Origin: Octopus bimaculoides
Lineage: Eukaryota
Direction: 5' to 3'
Assembly (NCBI RefSeq): GCF_001194135.2
Contig: NC_069002.1
Span: 19,591,356-19,628,028, forward strand
Length of the DNA: 36,673 nt
The notes beneath the pieces were generated by a model. That model had not been told where the DNA came from and ran no database searches. It was given only the letters and a program-made list of their open reading frames with translations. Within the stretch, counting starts at the first letter, position 1. The number at the start of each line of letters is the position of its first letter. Positions 13,495 through 24,870 of the stretch are shown in pieces. The position numbers and the translations under genes are program-made.

Positions 13495-13555
<61 letters not shown>

Positions 13556-14098
13556 NNNNNNNNNNNNNNNNNNNNNNNNNNNNNNNNNNNNNNNNNNNNN
13601 NNNNNNNNNNNNNNNNNNNNNNNNNNNNNNNNNNNNNNNNNNNNNNNNNNNNNNNNNNNNNNNNNNNNNNNNNNNNNNNNNNNNNNNNNNNNNNNNNNNN
13701 NNNNNNNNNNNNNNNNNNNNNNNNNNNNNNNNNNNNNNNNNNNNNNNNNNNNNNNNNNNNNNNNNNNNNNNNNNNNNNNNNNNNNNNNNNNNNNNNNNNN
13801 NNNNNNNNNNNNNNNNNNNNNNNNNNNNNNNNNNNNNNNNNNNNNNNNNNNNNNNNNNNNNNNNNNNNNNNNNNNNNNNNNNNNNNNNNNNNNNNNNNNN
13901 NNNNNNNNNNNNNNNNNNNNNNNNNNNNNNNNNNNNNNNNNNNNNNNNNNNNNNNNNNNNNNNNNNNNNNNNNNNNNNNNNNNNNNNNNNNNNNNNNNNN
14001 NNNNNNNNNNNNNNNNNNNNNNNNNNNNNNNNNNNNNNNNNNNNNNNNNNNNNNNNNNNNNNNNNNNNNNNNNNNNNNNNNNNNNNNNNNNNNNNNNN

Positions 14099-14485
14099 CC
14101 TGTCCGGAACGAAACCACCTGTTTCTCTTATTAGGATTACGAAAATAGATCCATCTTTCATTCTCACGATGCCAAAAACTGGTATCTCTGAGAATTGTGA
14201 GCGGTTGTTTGCAAAGGTTTATACGAGGAGCTTCTTGTCAGCGTCTGTTCACAAAGCCGAGCTTTTTGAAGGTGTTGATGGACGTGCTTTGTAAAGGATC
14301 AATACTGCTGATAATGTACGAATGTTTGCACCATCTTTCACAATATCAGGTTTCTCTGACATTGGTTTGTCTTAAAGCTTTGTGTCAACTTCCTAGAAAT
14401 ATCTGAACCAGTTTTCTGGCACACGCTTGTTGACAGTTCTTGAGACCTTCACATCATCAATTTCTTTTGTCACTGCTCTAGCGCT
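14099..14485 (-). mobile_element. Mariner-family transposase relic (N-terminal HTH region to first catalytic Asp region)
   Basis: Reads VSRTV..NWFRYF*EVDTKL*DKPMSEKP, then after a frameshift KKLGFVNRR*QEAP..INLCKQ..RDTSFWHR..ERWIYFRNPNKRNRW. Multiple stops; runs into an N gap. Confidence 0.8.
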
Positions 14486-14734
14486 GAGTTTTTATTTTTT
14501 TATTTTTTACAAGTAGAGAAAAATTGCTAAGTGCAATTTTTTCACCACTCATTTATCAAAGCTGTAAGTTAGTTAACAAATAATTAAAGCTTATAATTCA
14601 TATATGAAAATAAAGGATAATCAATCATGTAAAGATTGCTCAACAAATTGTAACAAATTGACAATATAATACGAATTATAGGGGCCAAAGACATCAGATA
14701 AAATCCGAAAAAGTCTTGACTCGGCTATATATAT

Positions 14735-14885
14735 ATCTTTTACTTGTTTCTTTCATTAGACTTCATCCATGCTTCATCCATTGATTTCTAATACCCAACT
14801 GCTAATATACAGAAACATAAACACACCAACTGAGGTTGTCAGGTGATAGTGGGGTACAAACACAGACACGAAGAGACACATACAT
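14735..14885 (-). mobile_element. SINE family A degraded fragments
   Basis: tttacttgtttctttcattagac..ccatgct and taaacacaccaactgaggttgtcaggtgatagtggggtacaaacacagac match the family A 3' half. Confidence 0.6.
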
Positions 14886-14979
14886 ACATGCATGCATACA
14901 TACATACATACATACATACGTACATACATATATGTGTATATATATATATCTATATGTATCTATCTATCTATCTATCTAC

Positions 14980-15010
<31 letters not shown>

Positions 15011-15102
15011 CACATATATAGTTACATAGGTACTGTAAGTTTAGAGGTAAACTTGATAAGTGTAAGCACCTGTATATGTCAGATTATGGCAGAGATGAAA
15101 GA

Positions 15103-15607
15103 ATATATCAAACATAAATTGAAAACAGAACACAAAGGATATGACGGTACACGTGCTTCAAGCGTTATAAAAAATCTGTTATTACATCACTATAGGTATA
15201 TTATTGATATAAAAGATAGTTTAAAGCTCTCCTCAGCAGCGAACATTGTTAGTCCAAAGATTACATCCCAAAAGAACAAGTACACTTAGTATTATCCATT
15301 ATAATAGGTTTATCACATCTCTTTAAAAAGGTATATTTGTATAGAAGTTCGTTGGATTTCAAAAATCTGCCCATATTGTATCACGATTCAGCATAGAGTA
15401 TTATAAACCTATTATAATTGATAATACTAAATGTATTATCAATTTTGTGATGTAATCTTTGGACTAAAAAACTGTTGGCGGCTAAAGAGTGCTTTAAACC
15501 ATCTTTTATATCAATAATATAACTATGGTGATGCAATAACAGATTGTTTATAAAGCTTGAAACACGTGTACCGCGATATCCTTTGTGTTCTATTTTCAAT
15601 TTATGCT

Positions 15608-15615
<8 letters not shown>
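15103..15615. repeat. Imperfect fold-back (MITE-like), arms 15103-15313 and 15403-15615, 89-nt spacer
   Basis: Manual alignment gives about 28 differences over about 212 bp (about 87 percent identity). The right arm abuts (TA)n. Confidence 0.9.
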
Positions 15616-15685
<70 letters not shown>

Positions 15686-17164
15686 GTATATTTAAATTAA
15701 ATAAGTAATATTACCATTATTAATAATAAGGTGGCTAGCAAGTTTACAACTCTACAGGTAAAATATAAACTAAACTCAGGTTCAATAGGGTATTTCAATA
15801 CCCTTTGCTATACATAACAAATTTCTTCCTTGTTCAAGGTGCTACGCAGTGAGATGGAACACAGAACCTTGTGGCTATGAAGCAAACTTTGTACCCCACG
15901 GTTATATTATGTATGCACGCATGTCTATATGCATATATTTGTGCTTATGTGTGTGTGCGTGCTTGTGTGTGTGTGTGTGTGTGTTTGTGTATGTATTTAC
16001 ATACATGTATATATATGTACATGTATGAGTATAGTAGCTTCATATTCATGTAACCCGTTAATGGTCCTCCCGAAAGCAGCCATTGTAAAACTGTTAACAT
16101 TTTAAATTCACTTAAAAACTGAACGATAATATTACATTTTAGTAAGTAATCACTTGTGTTTTATTAAGTTGAAAGTTAATTATTTCATTAAATCTCGTGC
16201 AAAATATTGATTGTTTTGAAAATTAAATTTCAAATGCATAATGTATTCTAAATTTAGGAAACATATTTTGAATGTTTGAACATGAGGTAGGAAATGTAAT
16301 GTTTACAAGTTCTAAAACCACAATTAAGTTATTGCCTTCTACAGCGACAACTTTTTTAAAAAGAAACACATCTTCCTGGTAAACCTGTTATTTGTATAGG
16401 AAAAAAGTTTTATATTGCTAAGCAATTGGTTTGTATAATCTAATTTTTCAAAAACAAAAAAATGTTACAAAAAGGAACAGAAAAATATATCTGTGTTTCG
16501 ATGTAAAAAGCAGCCTCGAAAAATTTATTCTCCTCTTTGATAAGTTGAGATTAAGCACAATTGTAATTACTTTGCAAAAAAATAAAACGACAAAAATATA
16601 TTAATACCAAATGGTTTTCTTTCCATTATTATCAAGTCCACACGTTGTCCTTAAGATGACTTCATGTAACATAAAGTAACAGCTTTCCCTTTTTCTGCTG
16701 GAGCAAATTCATATTTATATACGCATACATGCACATATACATTTACATTGAATTTAAGCATTTCACATTTCATACATGTGCACATACAAACACACACACT
16801 TTAGAAAATTCATTCTATGGCTAGATGTCCACAATTATAATTTCTTCAAATGCAATACGTTGAGTTATGTTTCGCAAGCAAGTGCTAAGTCTTTGGGCGG
16901 AAGTTCCATAATTTCCTGTGTATACTATTCTCTGTTAGATTATTATTATCTATAATTGATGAAAGTCGTAACTATACTGAGAAGCAATTATTGTCTCCAA
17001 TTCATTTCAACATGGTTATTCCGTAAGAGTCGACGTTACAATCATTTTGAAACCCCTTGGGGATGCCATCTCTAGCTGGGTACCTATACAATCTGAACCC
17101 GATATATATTGCATGCAGGGGAGCGAACCCTATCATCTTCTAGCTACATGATTATTATTATATT

Positions 17165-17388
17165 ATCAGTAATCCTTTCTACTATAGACACAAGGCCTGA
17201 TATTTGGGAATAAAGTTGGCTGGTCAAATACATCAGACCCTATGTGCAGATGGTACCTCTTTTGCTCGACATCGAGAAGACGAAAGGCAATGTCGGCATC
17301 AGCGGAATTTGAACTCAGGACGCAAAGATAGACGAAACACTGCTTAGCATTTTGTCCTGCAAACGATTCTGCCAGCTGTTTGCCACCA
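17165..17388 (-). mobile_element. tRNA-derived SINE family B
   Basis: aatcctttctactatagacacaaggcc...gaaaggcaatgtcggcatcagcggaatttgaactcag...acgattctgccagctg is the reverse complement of the family seen at 30510-30730 (B box GAGTTCAAATTCC). Confidence 0.8.
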
Positions 17389-17509
17389 TAAATATAGTAA
17401 TAGAAATATTCTACCTTTTCTTCAAAAATGATTTGAGGAAAACAGAAACGTTTTAAATTTTCATAATTTATTTGTCTTTGCTTTAAATATGTTTGCTCTC
17501 TCTTTGTAG

Positions 17510-17564
17510 GATATTCAAGGCTCCTTTAATCCTTTGAACAATGTTGAGAGACATAAATCTGATA
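17510..17564 (+). CDS. ERGIC1: ERGIC1 internal coding exon (equivalent to human exon 7), 55 nt, phase 0 to phase 1
   Basis: Acceptor tttgctctctctttgtAG, donor GTAAGT. Reads DIQGSFNPLNNVERHKSD+A, similar to human ERGIC1 NIHGAFNALGGADRLTSN (recalled). Splices in frame to 35094 (junction codon A|AG = Lys). Confidence 0.85.
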
Positions 17565-17571
17565 GTAAGTG

Positions 17572-17578
17572 ATTATTA

Positions 17579-17630
<52 letters not shown>

Positions 17631-18542
17631 GATTAGTTTTACTTCTTTCAATTTTGTTTCCATTTCTTGCCGTATGCCTTCCCCAACACCTTGGGCGATA
17701 AATTCACTGTATACATCAATAGCCCATTAAGATACACAGACCAGATCGTTCATTTACAAATCCAGTTATAGAAAAGATAAAATATGAAAAAGAAAAATGA
17801 ACAAGGAAAAAGAAAGACAGGAAAAAGGCAGAAAAGGAAGGAGGAAAACATTTATATGGGTTGTAATCGTTCTCACAACGACTTTGCTCTTCTCAATACG
17901 TGTGACTTGAAAGTTAAATAATTATTTTCTCTTCTTCATGGTTGGTAAGCTTGGGATCAACCTCAAATAATTTCCAGTTCCTTTTTTTATAATTCCAAGT
18001 GCTTCTACAATCATTGATATTGCAACCGCTTTAGATGCCACATTTTTTCGAATTCCATGAATAAATCTTTATATTTTCTGAGCTTGTCAAATTATTTTGC
18101 CGAGATTTTATTACCACAAGAGATGCTCATGTTGATCAATAAACAAATTTTATTCTTTCACAACAAAACCCGGTTTATTAGCTTTCATGGATCTGTCTGT
18201 ATGCACTAGAAAGTCCCGATGAATCATTACATTTTCTCCCTCGGGTGGTGATAAAATGACTTGTCAACAGTTATCATTATATAATGCCGAAATAGTAAGC
18301 AGTGTAGACATTGGCCAATTCTGTCATGTCTTGATTTATACTTCACTGGTGATAAAACTCACATCCAGAGACTAGGTGATCCATTGTCTCAACCTCATCG
18401 TTACAAAATCGATATTTTTGATCTAATCTATTTTCCTCACATTAGTTTGGTAGTTCCGTGTCAATATACTTTCATTTTGAGTAGCGAAGATGAAGCCTCT
18501 ATTCTCTACCTTTATTTCTGTGCTTCGTAGCCACTGGTGGGT
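17572..18542 (-). mobile_element. R4/Dong-like RLE non-LTR retrotransposon, 5'-truncated, copy 1, with (AAT)n tail at 17572-17635
   Basis: THQWLRSTEIKVENRGFIFATQNESILTRNYQ; CCHC knuckle YRFCNDEVETMDHLVSGC; YKSRHDRIGQCLH; RLE region DF.VHTDRSMKANKPGFVVK; KLRKYKDL..KMWHLKAVAISMIVEALG. Frameshifted. Confidence 0.9.
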
Positions 18543-18625
18543 GTGCAATCGATTAGACCCTCCCACCAAAGTGGAGACCTTGTACCTCTAATAGAAATGA
18601 TTATTACTATTATTATCATTTTCTC
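18543..18625 (+). mobile_element. SINE family B 3' end fragment with (ATT)n-like tail
   Basis: aatcgattagaccctcccaccaaagtggagaccttgtacctctaatagaaatgattatt resembles the reverse complement of 17165-17230. Confidence 0.55.
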
Positions 18626-19290
18626 TTTATCACAGATTTTGTTGGAGCTCCAAGTGTATTGCATGCGTAGCGGGCTTACTACCTGCAGCCTACGGTACCA
18701 TGCTATTCGTTCTTTTCAGCTATCTAATATTTTGCTGATTTTTCGGGTTATACCAAGGAGGCAAACCTTTTGTAACAGTTCTACTGGACATTCTATACCA
18801 ATTTTCTTTATATTCCCCTTGATGCCTTCTAATACTGTTACCAAGGACCCAACAATAATTGGCACTATTTTCGTACTTAAGAGGGTTGTATTGACTTATA
18901 TTTTAGCCTTCGTTCAGCATCAACTATATAGCATATGTGGTGTATCTTGTCCATCACCACTATGTCCGGACTGTTATCCTTTAGCGCCAGATCTGTTTGG
19001 GTTAAGGAATCCCACAGGATTTTTTGCATGTCTCCGCCACTCTATACAATATGTTATCATACTACGTCTTGCGACTCTCTAGTTCCCACTTTTCGCACAG
19101 TTTCCAATGAAGCACATTCGCTTCTTGGTCGTGTCGCCACAACTTGTAATAGTTTGGGAGAAATCTGGGGCATTCATTCGTGATATGGGCAAAGGTTTAA
19201 TCCACTCTATTACAGATACGGTAGGGTGGAGATACTTGCTCATTCCGCAGATTGACTCTCCAGTTCATGACCAGAGCTTGGACCAGCGAC
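18600..19290 (-). mobile_element. R4/Dong-like RLE LINE, 5'-truncated, copy 2 (different subfamily)
   Basis: YRICNRVD*TFAHITNEC (CCHC), YKLWRHDQEANVLHWKLCEKW, KILWDSLTQTDLALKDNSPDIVVMDK (PD motif), KIVPIIVGSL..LLQKVCLLG. Confidence 0.9.
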
Positions 19291-19368
<78 letters not shown>

Positions 19369-19705
19369 GAAAGGCTCTCCGATAGTTATTAATTATTGGT
19401 CATTCTTTACTTGTAAGCAGGCAACAACAAATCGCTAAAGGTTTCAAGTAGTTCCTTCTTCTCCCGTGACTCAAAGAGACAATACTCTCCTTAGAATGCG
19501 AGCTGTACCCAACAATGCAGGTCCAATATTCTTGATATGTATTTCAAAGCCTTTGGAAACTGCTCCTAATGCTTCAATTACAACCAGTGACACCATTACT
19601 TTCCTCATGCCCCCTACCTTTCCTATCTCGAGCCGCAGTCGCTGGTATTTCTCAATCTTTTCTGTTTCCTTACATTTTATATTCACGAGTTTTAGTCTCT
19701 TATGG
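19291..19705 (-). mobile_element. R4/Dong-like RLE LINE, 3' fragment, copy 3, with (AAT)25 tail at 19291-19366
   Basis: ORF 19471-19686 KETEKIEKYQRLRLEIGKVGGMRKVMVSLVVIEALGAVSK..ALLGTARILRRVL is a typical RLE C-terminus. Confidence 0.88.
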
Positions 19706-20211
19706 CATTAAGGCACAACATAATTCAACATCAGTGTTTCATTTTTAAAAGAATTACTTCTATTGCGTCTTTTTACAAAAGATAGATGACCTGTCTTTTG
19801 TTGTTGTGAACTTGCTTCCCTTCTTTGTTTGTTTGTTTGTTTGTTTGTTTCTTTCTTTGTCCCTCTCCCTTACCCCCTCTCTCTTTCTCCCTCTCTCTCT
19901 TTCTCCTCTCTCTCTCTTTCTCCTCTCTCNNNNNNNNNNNNNNNNNNNNNNNNNNNNNNNNNNNNNNNNNNNNNNNNNNNNNNNNNNNNNNNNNNNNNNN
20001 NNNNNNNNNNNNNNNNNNNNNNNNNNNNCTCTCTCTCCCTTTCTCTCTCCCCCTCTCTCTCTCTTTCTCCTCCTCTCTCTCTTTCTCCCTACATCTCTCT
20101 TTCTCCCCCCCTCTCTCTTTCTCTCTCTTTCTTTCTGCGTACCTGTGTGTCGGTGGTTGAAAATTCATGTTTATACTTTCATTTAAACTTATAAAGCAAC
20201 GCGTATGACGA

Positions 20212-20299
20212 GAGTGATGCTGTATAGTAGTGAGTGATGCTGTATAGTAGTGAGTGATGTTGTATAGTAGTGAGTGATGCTGTATAGTAGTGAGTGATG
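20212..20299. repeat. Minisatellite, 20-bp unit GAGTGATGCTGTATAGTAGT x4.4
   Basis: Units start at 20212, 20232, 20252 (one mismatch), 20272 and 20292 (partial). Confidence 0.95.
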
Positions 20300-20816
20300 G
20301 ATATTAGTGATGCTGAACTCCATCAAGTTGGACCTGATCAGTTGTGCAGGCAGTGTTACCGTGTATTAAAAAAGGTCAGTGTCCAAAAGGAAGCCAACAG
20401 AGCGCTGAGGAACCCAAAACATCAGTATATATATTTGTTTGTAATTGTGTCCGTTTGTGTATCGTTGGTGAGGCGATGGCTGTACTGTTAGTAGCACATA
20501 TATGATATAAAACAGGTCATTAAATGCACTAGTTGTGAATATGATGGAGGTTGTTATTGGGAGACATCTGCGACACACAAATACTAAGGTTGACAAGAGT
20601 AGATTTTACGAATGAGATAGAACATTATAAATAATTGGGATAAGTGACAATATGTCATACAGTTTATCTTTGCGTCATTAGTCCACCTTTCCTTCCTCTT
20701 CTACACACATACCTACACATAGTGACCGCCCCCCACACTCACAGCTTTCAATCTCCGGTGTTACCTTTTATTTTCTTCTTTTCTCTGCACTCTTAACACT
20801 CATCTTTCTTTCCTTT

Positions 20817-20892
20817 TTTTCCTTCCTTCCTTCCTTCCTTCCTTCCTTCCTTCCTTCCTTCCTTCCTTCTTTCCTTCTTTCTTTCTTTCTTT
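20817..20892. repeat. (CCTT)n/(CTTT)n microsatellite
   Basis: Direct reading. Confidence 0.95.
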
Positions 20893-21481
20893 CGATATTT
20901 CATGCATATTTCCTTTCATTTAAAATTCAATCTCTATATACATCATTCCTTCTCCATCTTCACTTTATGTCTCCCATCCAACTCTTCATTCTCTTACAGT
21001 TCGTTGTGAACACCTCACATCCGTCTCAGCTCAACTATACTCATCGCTAAGTTCTGTAGAGATACAATATGTTAATAATAAAAGTTAGCCACGATAGACG
21101 TAGTTAACAACACCACCGAGTGACCACGTATACCCACCCTGTTCCTACATAACGACTGATGAATCTCCAAGGAATAGTATTTTTTTTAATTGCTCACAGA
21201 AATTAAATCATCTTTTTATTGTTTCTGGTGAGTAAACCTACCACCTCCACCTTCATCCCAAAATGCAGCTTAGTTTTTACCTACAACGGATGTCTGTAGT
21301 ATGAAACACGTGTCTGCACGTGTACGAAACTCTGACCGTGAGAGATCTGGCTCCTACCAACAATTGTTTACTCGAAATAATATAGTGTCATTTTCTCTGT
21401 TCTTTTGTATGTGCGTATGAATGCATACAAGCATACACGCACACACATGCACGCACATGCACACACACACACACACACAAG

Positions 21482-21520
<39 letters not shown>

Positions 21521-23426
21521 ACATTTAGATGCAATAATCCTTCGCCATATCGCGGTTCACCTATCGCGCACTCTGTACATCCCGAATTTTTCTGGTTAAT
21601 ATATGTAAATCTATATCACAGACTCCTCAGACTACCGCAGGTTTCTGTGATCAATAGGTATTTATATTTTTTTAGATTTTAATTATTTCTGTGGGAGGTT
21701 TTGGGACGCAACACCCGCGATAGTCAAGGGATTTCAGTATATAATTTTCACACACACTGCCAAAGTTCGTCGCCAATTTTCCCTTATAATTCTTGATATT
21801 AAATAGTTGTGAGATACATCTTACGGATATGATGCAGTTTTTTTTATACGTCTCAAATCTATTTGTTCAGTGAGTTGTGAAATGTTCACGTCTGAAGATA
21901 CACGAATATGCTAAACAGTGTTTTAGGATCTGTGAGCTTTTAATACAACAACTGAGCCAATGTGCCATTTTGACTTTAAATAAATGGAAAATATGCAAAA
22001 TACAACATAAAACGAAACACCGAAAGTGACATCTTGTAAAAGCAAAGGAAATTTATCTTTTGATGTTTGGCGTTATTTTGCTTGAGTCTGATTTTAATAG
22101 ACATTCTATTAAAAAAATAATGAAATTAGCTTGACAAAATCGTATTGTATAACAAATAAAAGAAAACAAGATGATTAAAAGCAGGAAAAAAACAACTTGT
22201 TATTTTCTTAGTGTGAAAAGTTGATGAAGTAAAATGTCGCGTTTAGTTGACATTTTAACTTGCAAATCTCTTTCTAACGACATTAGTAACAACGATTGCG
22301 ATGAGGATAACATCAATCCAATGTTTCTTTCCCTACAGAGAAATACTTTTTTACCTGATTGCCAAGGGATAAATTTGAACTTGTTTTACTAATTACTCAA
22401 ACTTCTATGAAGATTGTCAACGTGGTCGTGATTTAACACTGTCATAGATTTCTTAGTATCGAATAAAGATTTAACCCTTACGTTTCTTTTCCTCCTTTGT
22501 TTCTCCAAACATACCTGCATAAAGATTTTGTATGTTTTACTGTGAACAGAATTAGATTAGAAGCATTCACAATAAATTCAGAAGTCTAGTGGAACCTACA
22601 TTGTAAAGAATCAATTCATTTAAAAGGTAAACTGAAAGGTGAGTGTACCAGGAGAAGAAATAGTTGCATGAATGGTTGATTAGCTCTATTCACTTCTGCA
22701 GAAAGTCTCCTTTAGCGGTGTGACGTGTAGTATTTCAGTGAATCAACGAAAATAGAAATGAAAAAAACTTGTTAAATATACATCATTTTGCTTCTTTACA
22801 CTAGGTTTACTGCAAAATTTTGGCCAGAAATATTCCTTCTCTTTTTTTTTAATTGAAAAAAAAAAAAATTATTTCACAATTAAGGTTAATTAAACCAACA
22901 ATATTGATTAAATTTCTTCTTTCAGCATTTGATTGTCGCTCGTTCGTTGTCACTTTATTTATTTACCTGTTTTGTTGATATTTTCGCGAAAAATACTGCA
23001 CATTATTCGTTTACACAATGCACTAATAATATATTGTTGTCAAGCTGGTGGATGTGCTAGAGACGGTCACATCGTCTGCTAGAAATAGCAATCAATATGC
23101 TACCAAATTACATATAGCTGTTCTAAAACAGACAAGACAATCAGCAAATATTGCTAGCTCTATAAACAGAGATGATGGTCATAGATAGGATGACTTTGAT
23201 AATAGGTCTGTTCGTTGAGTCAGATCTGAACCAAAGTTTAATATATGCTACTCTGTGTAGTTTACAGAAAAATTGTTGACAAGTTTAGCAATTTTTGGAA
23301 TATTTTTGATAGAATTGTCCTTCTCTATGTTACAATTTCTACATCTAAATCTAGTTCAGTTGGAGAATTGGCAGAGAACTTTGAGCTTAGTACACATTCT
23401 TCAGAGTGTTCTTTGTGAGTTTTTCT

Positions 23427-23480
23427 TCTTGAGTTCAAATCGCTCTGGAGTGAGTTTGCCTTTCATCATTTTGGAATCGA
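23427..23480 (+). mobile_element. SINE family B central fragment
   Basis: gagttcaaatcgctctggagtgagtttgcctttcatcattttggaatcga. Confidence 0.55.
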
Positions 23481-23944
23481 AGAATAAAATAGTTGCGGGG
23501 CCTACTTGAATGGGAAGATTTATTGGAAAACAAGATTGTTTTTGGGAAATTCTGACATCGAAAGCGCTTTGTGTCCTGAAGGCGATGTCTGCGACGATAC
23601 AGGGGCCGGAATGTAGAGGTACTTGGTGGGGTTTTTTTAAGAACGTTTATGGTGTTGAGAGGGAAGACATGAATATATGGGTCTTCATCAGGTGATGAGT
23701 GAAGATAAACATGAATGAAAAACAACTGACCTCCCATGAAATGCCGATGCTGGGGCCAGAGAGACCAATATTTAACTGGAGATCCTTAATCCCACAATAT
23801 CAACAGATGCTTCCCAATGTTTCAGTTGTTTTGATCACCTGTTCTCTTATGATGTATTATTTCCAGATGTCTCTATATTACCATAATATTTAGGAACTAC
23901 GCATCCATAGTTCTAATAGTCGTTTCAAATTTTCGCCCATCGTC

Positions 23945-24113
23945 AGCAAAATCTGGGAAGGGTTGGATCGATTATAGCGACACACGTGTTTAAGTTTTAT
24001 CAACCGCGAAGGATGAAAGCAAAGTCGACTTCGGCGAGATTTGAGCTAAAAAAATAGAGACGTACAAAAGGCTGCTAAGCAATTCGTCCGGCGTGCTACT
24101 GATTACCCAGCTC
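23945..24113 (-). mobile_element. SINE family B, degraded
   Basis: gaaggatgaaagcaaagtcgacttcggcgagatttgagc...gctaagcaattcgtccggcgtgctac. Confidence 0.75.
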
Positions 24114-24519
24114 TAGCAATAACACATTTACTGGAATACGTCTGCCTGTACAGGTTATTTGAGATGTTTGAGACATTTGCTCATGGCCAGGATGTTATTC
24201 AGATGAATATTGGTCGATTGTGATTTATCTTAAAAGTAGAGGGCGTAGCATTTCTGAATACACACACACACACACACACAACACTCACTCACTCACATGC
24301 ACACAGACACACACACACATACTTGGGCACACACACACACACACATATATGTATGCATATATGTATGTGAGAGTGTACATGTATCCATGTGTGTCTGTGT
24401 GTATGAGACCACGCGCGCATGTGTGTGTGTGTGCGTGTGTTCGTGCGTGTGTATGTGTGTGTGTGTGTATGTGCGTGTTCGTGTTTTTGTGTATGTGTGA
24501 GTGTGTTTGTTCAGAGTTG

Positions 24520-24870
24520 CAATTTAAATGGTCTTCCTGTTTTTAAAATCTCTTTTTCTTGCCGTCAGAATCTAACCCTACGAATCATGTTTTCTTCGTT
24601 TCTCTTCACTGTTTGTGATTTTCTATATATGGAACATGATTTTAAATTTGTGTTTTTGCACACAGCTGCTTCTAGATTTTTTTCAATTTCTTTCTCTCCT
24701 GCTGCTTTCGTTGCTTTTTATCTTGTTTTGATTTTGATAGAGTTTTCCCGAACGACCAAACCTATTGTAAAAAAACTTGCCAGTCTTGACAAACTAATTT
24801 TCGTATCAGAGATTATGGTGCATTGTCTAATGTCTCTGTCATTATTCAAAACAGCAGAGTTGAATTTTAG
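24520..24870 (-). mobile_element. Possible piggyBac-like transposase relic
   Basis: Across frameshifts HHNL*YEN*F, FFTIGLVVRENSIK, AAVCKNTNLKSCSIYRKSQTV, VRF*RQEKEIL, NKH follow the order of piggyBac motifs (Y.DN.F, GT.R.NR, W.DN..V, R.S..EKK, YN..MGGVD). Very degraded. Confidence 0.35.

Noticed and set aside
20212-20299. Repeat array as CRISPR
   Set aside because: Contiguous units with no spacers, in a eukaryotic context.
23665-23696. Minus-strand CTGATGAAGAC..GTCTTC hairpin
   Set aside because: No GAAA follows, so it is not a hammerhead. The surrounding ORFs (23435-23893) have no recognisable domain.
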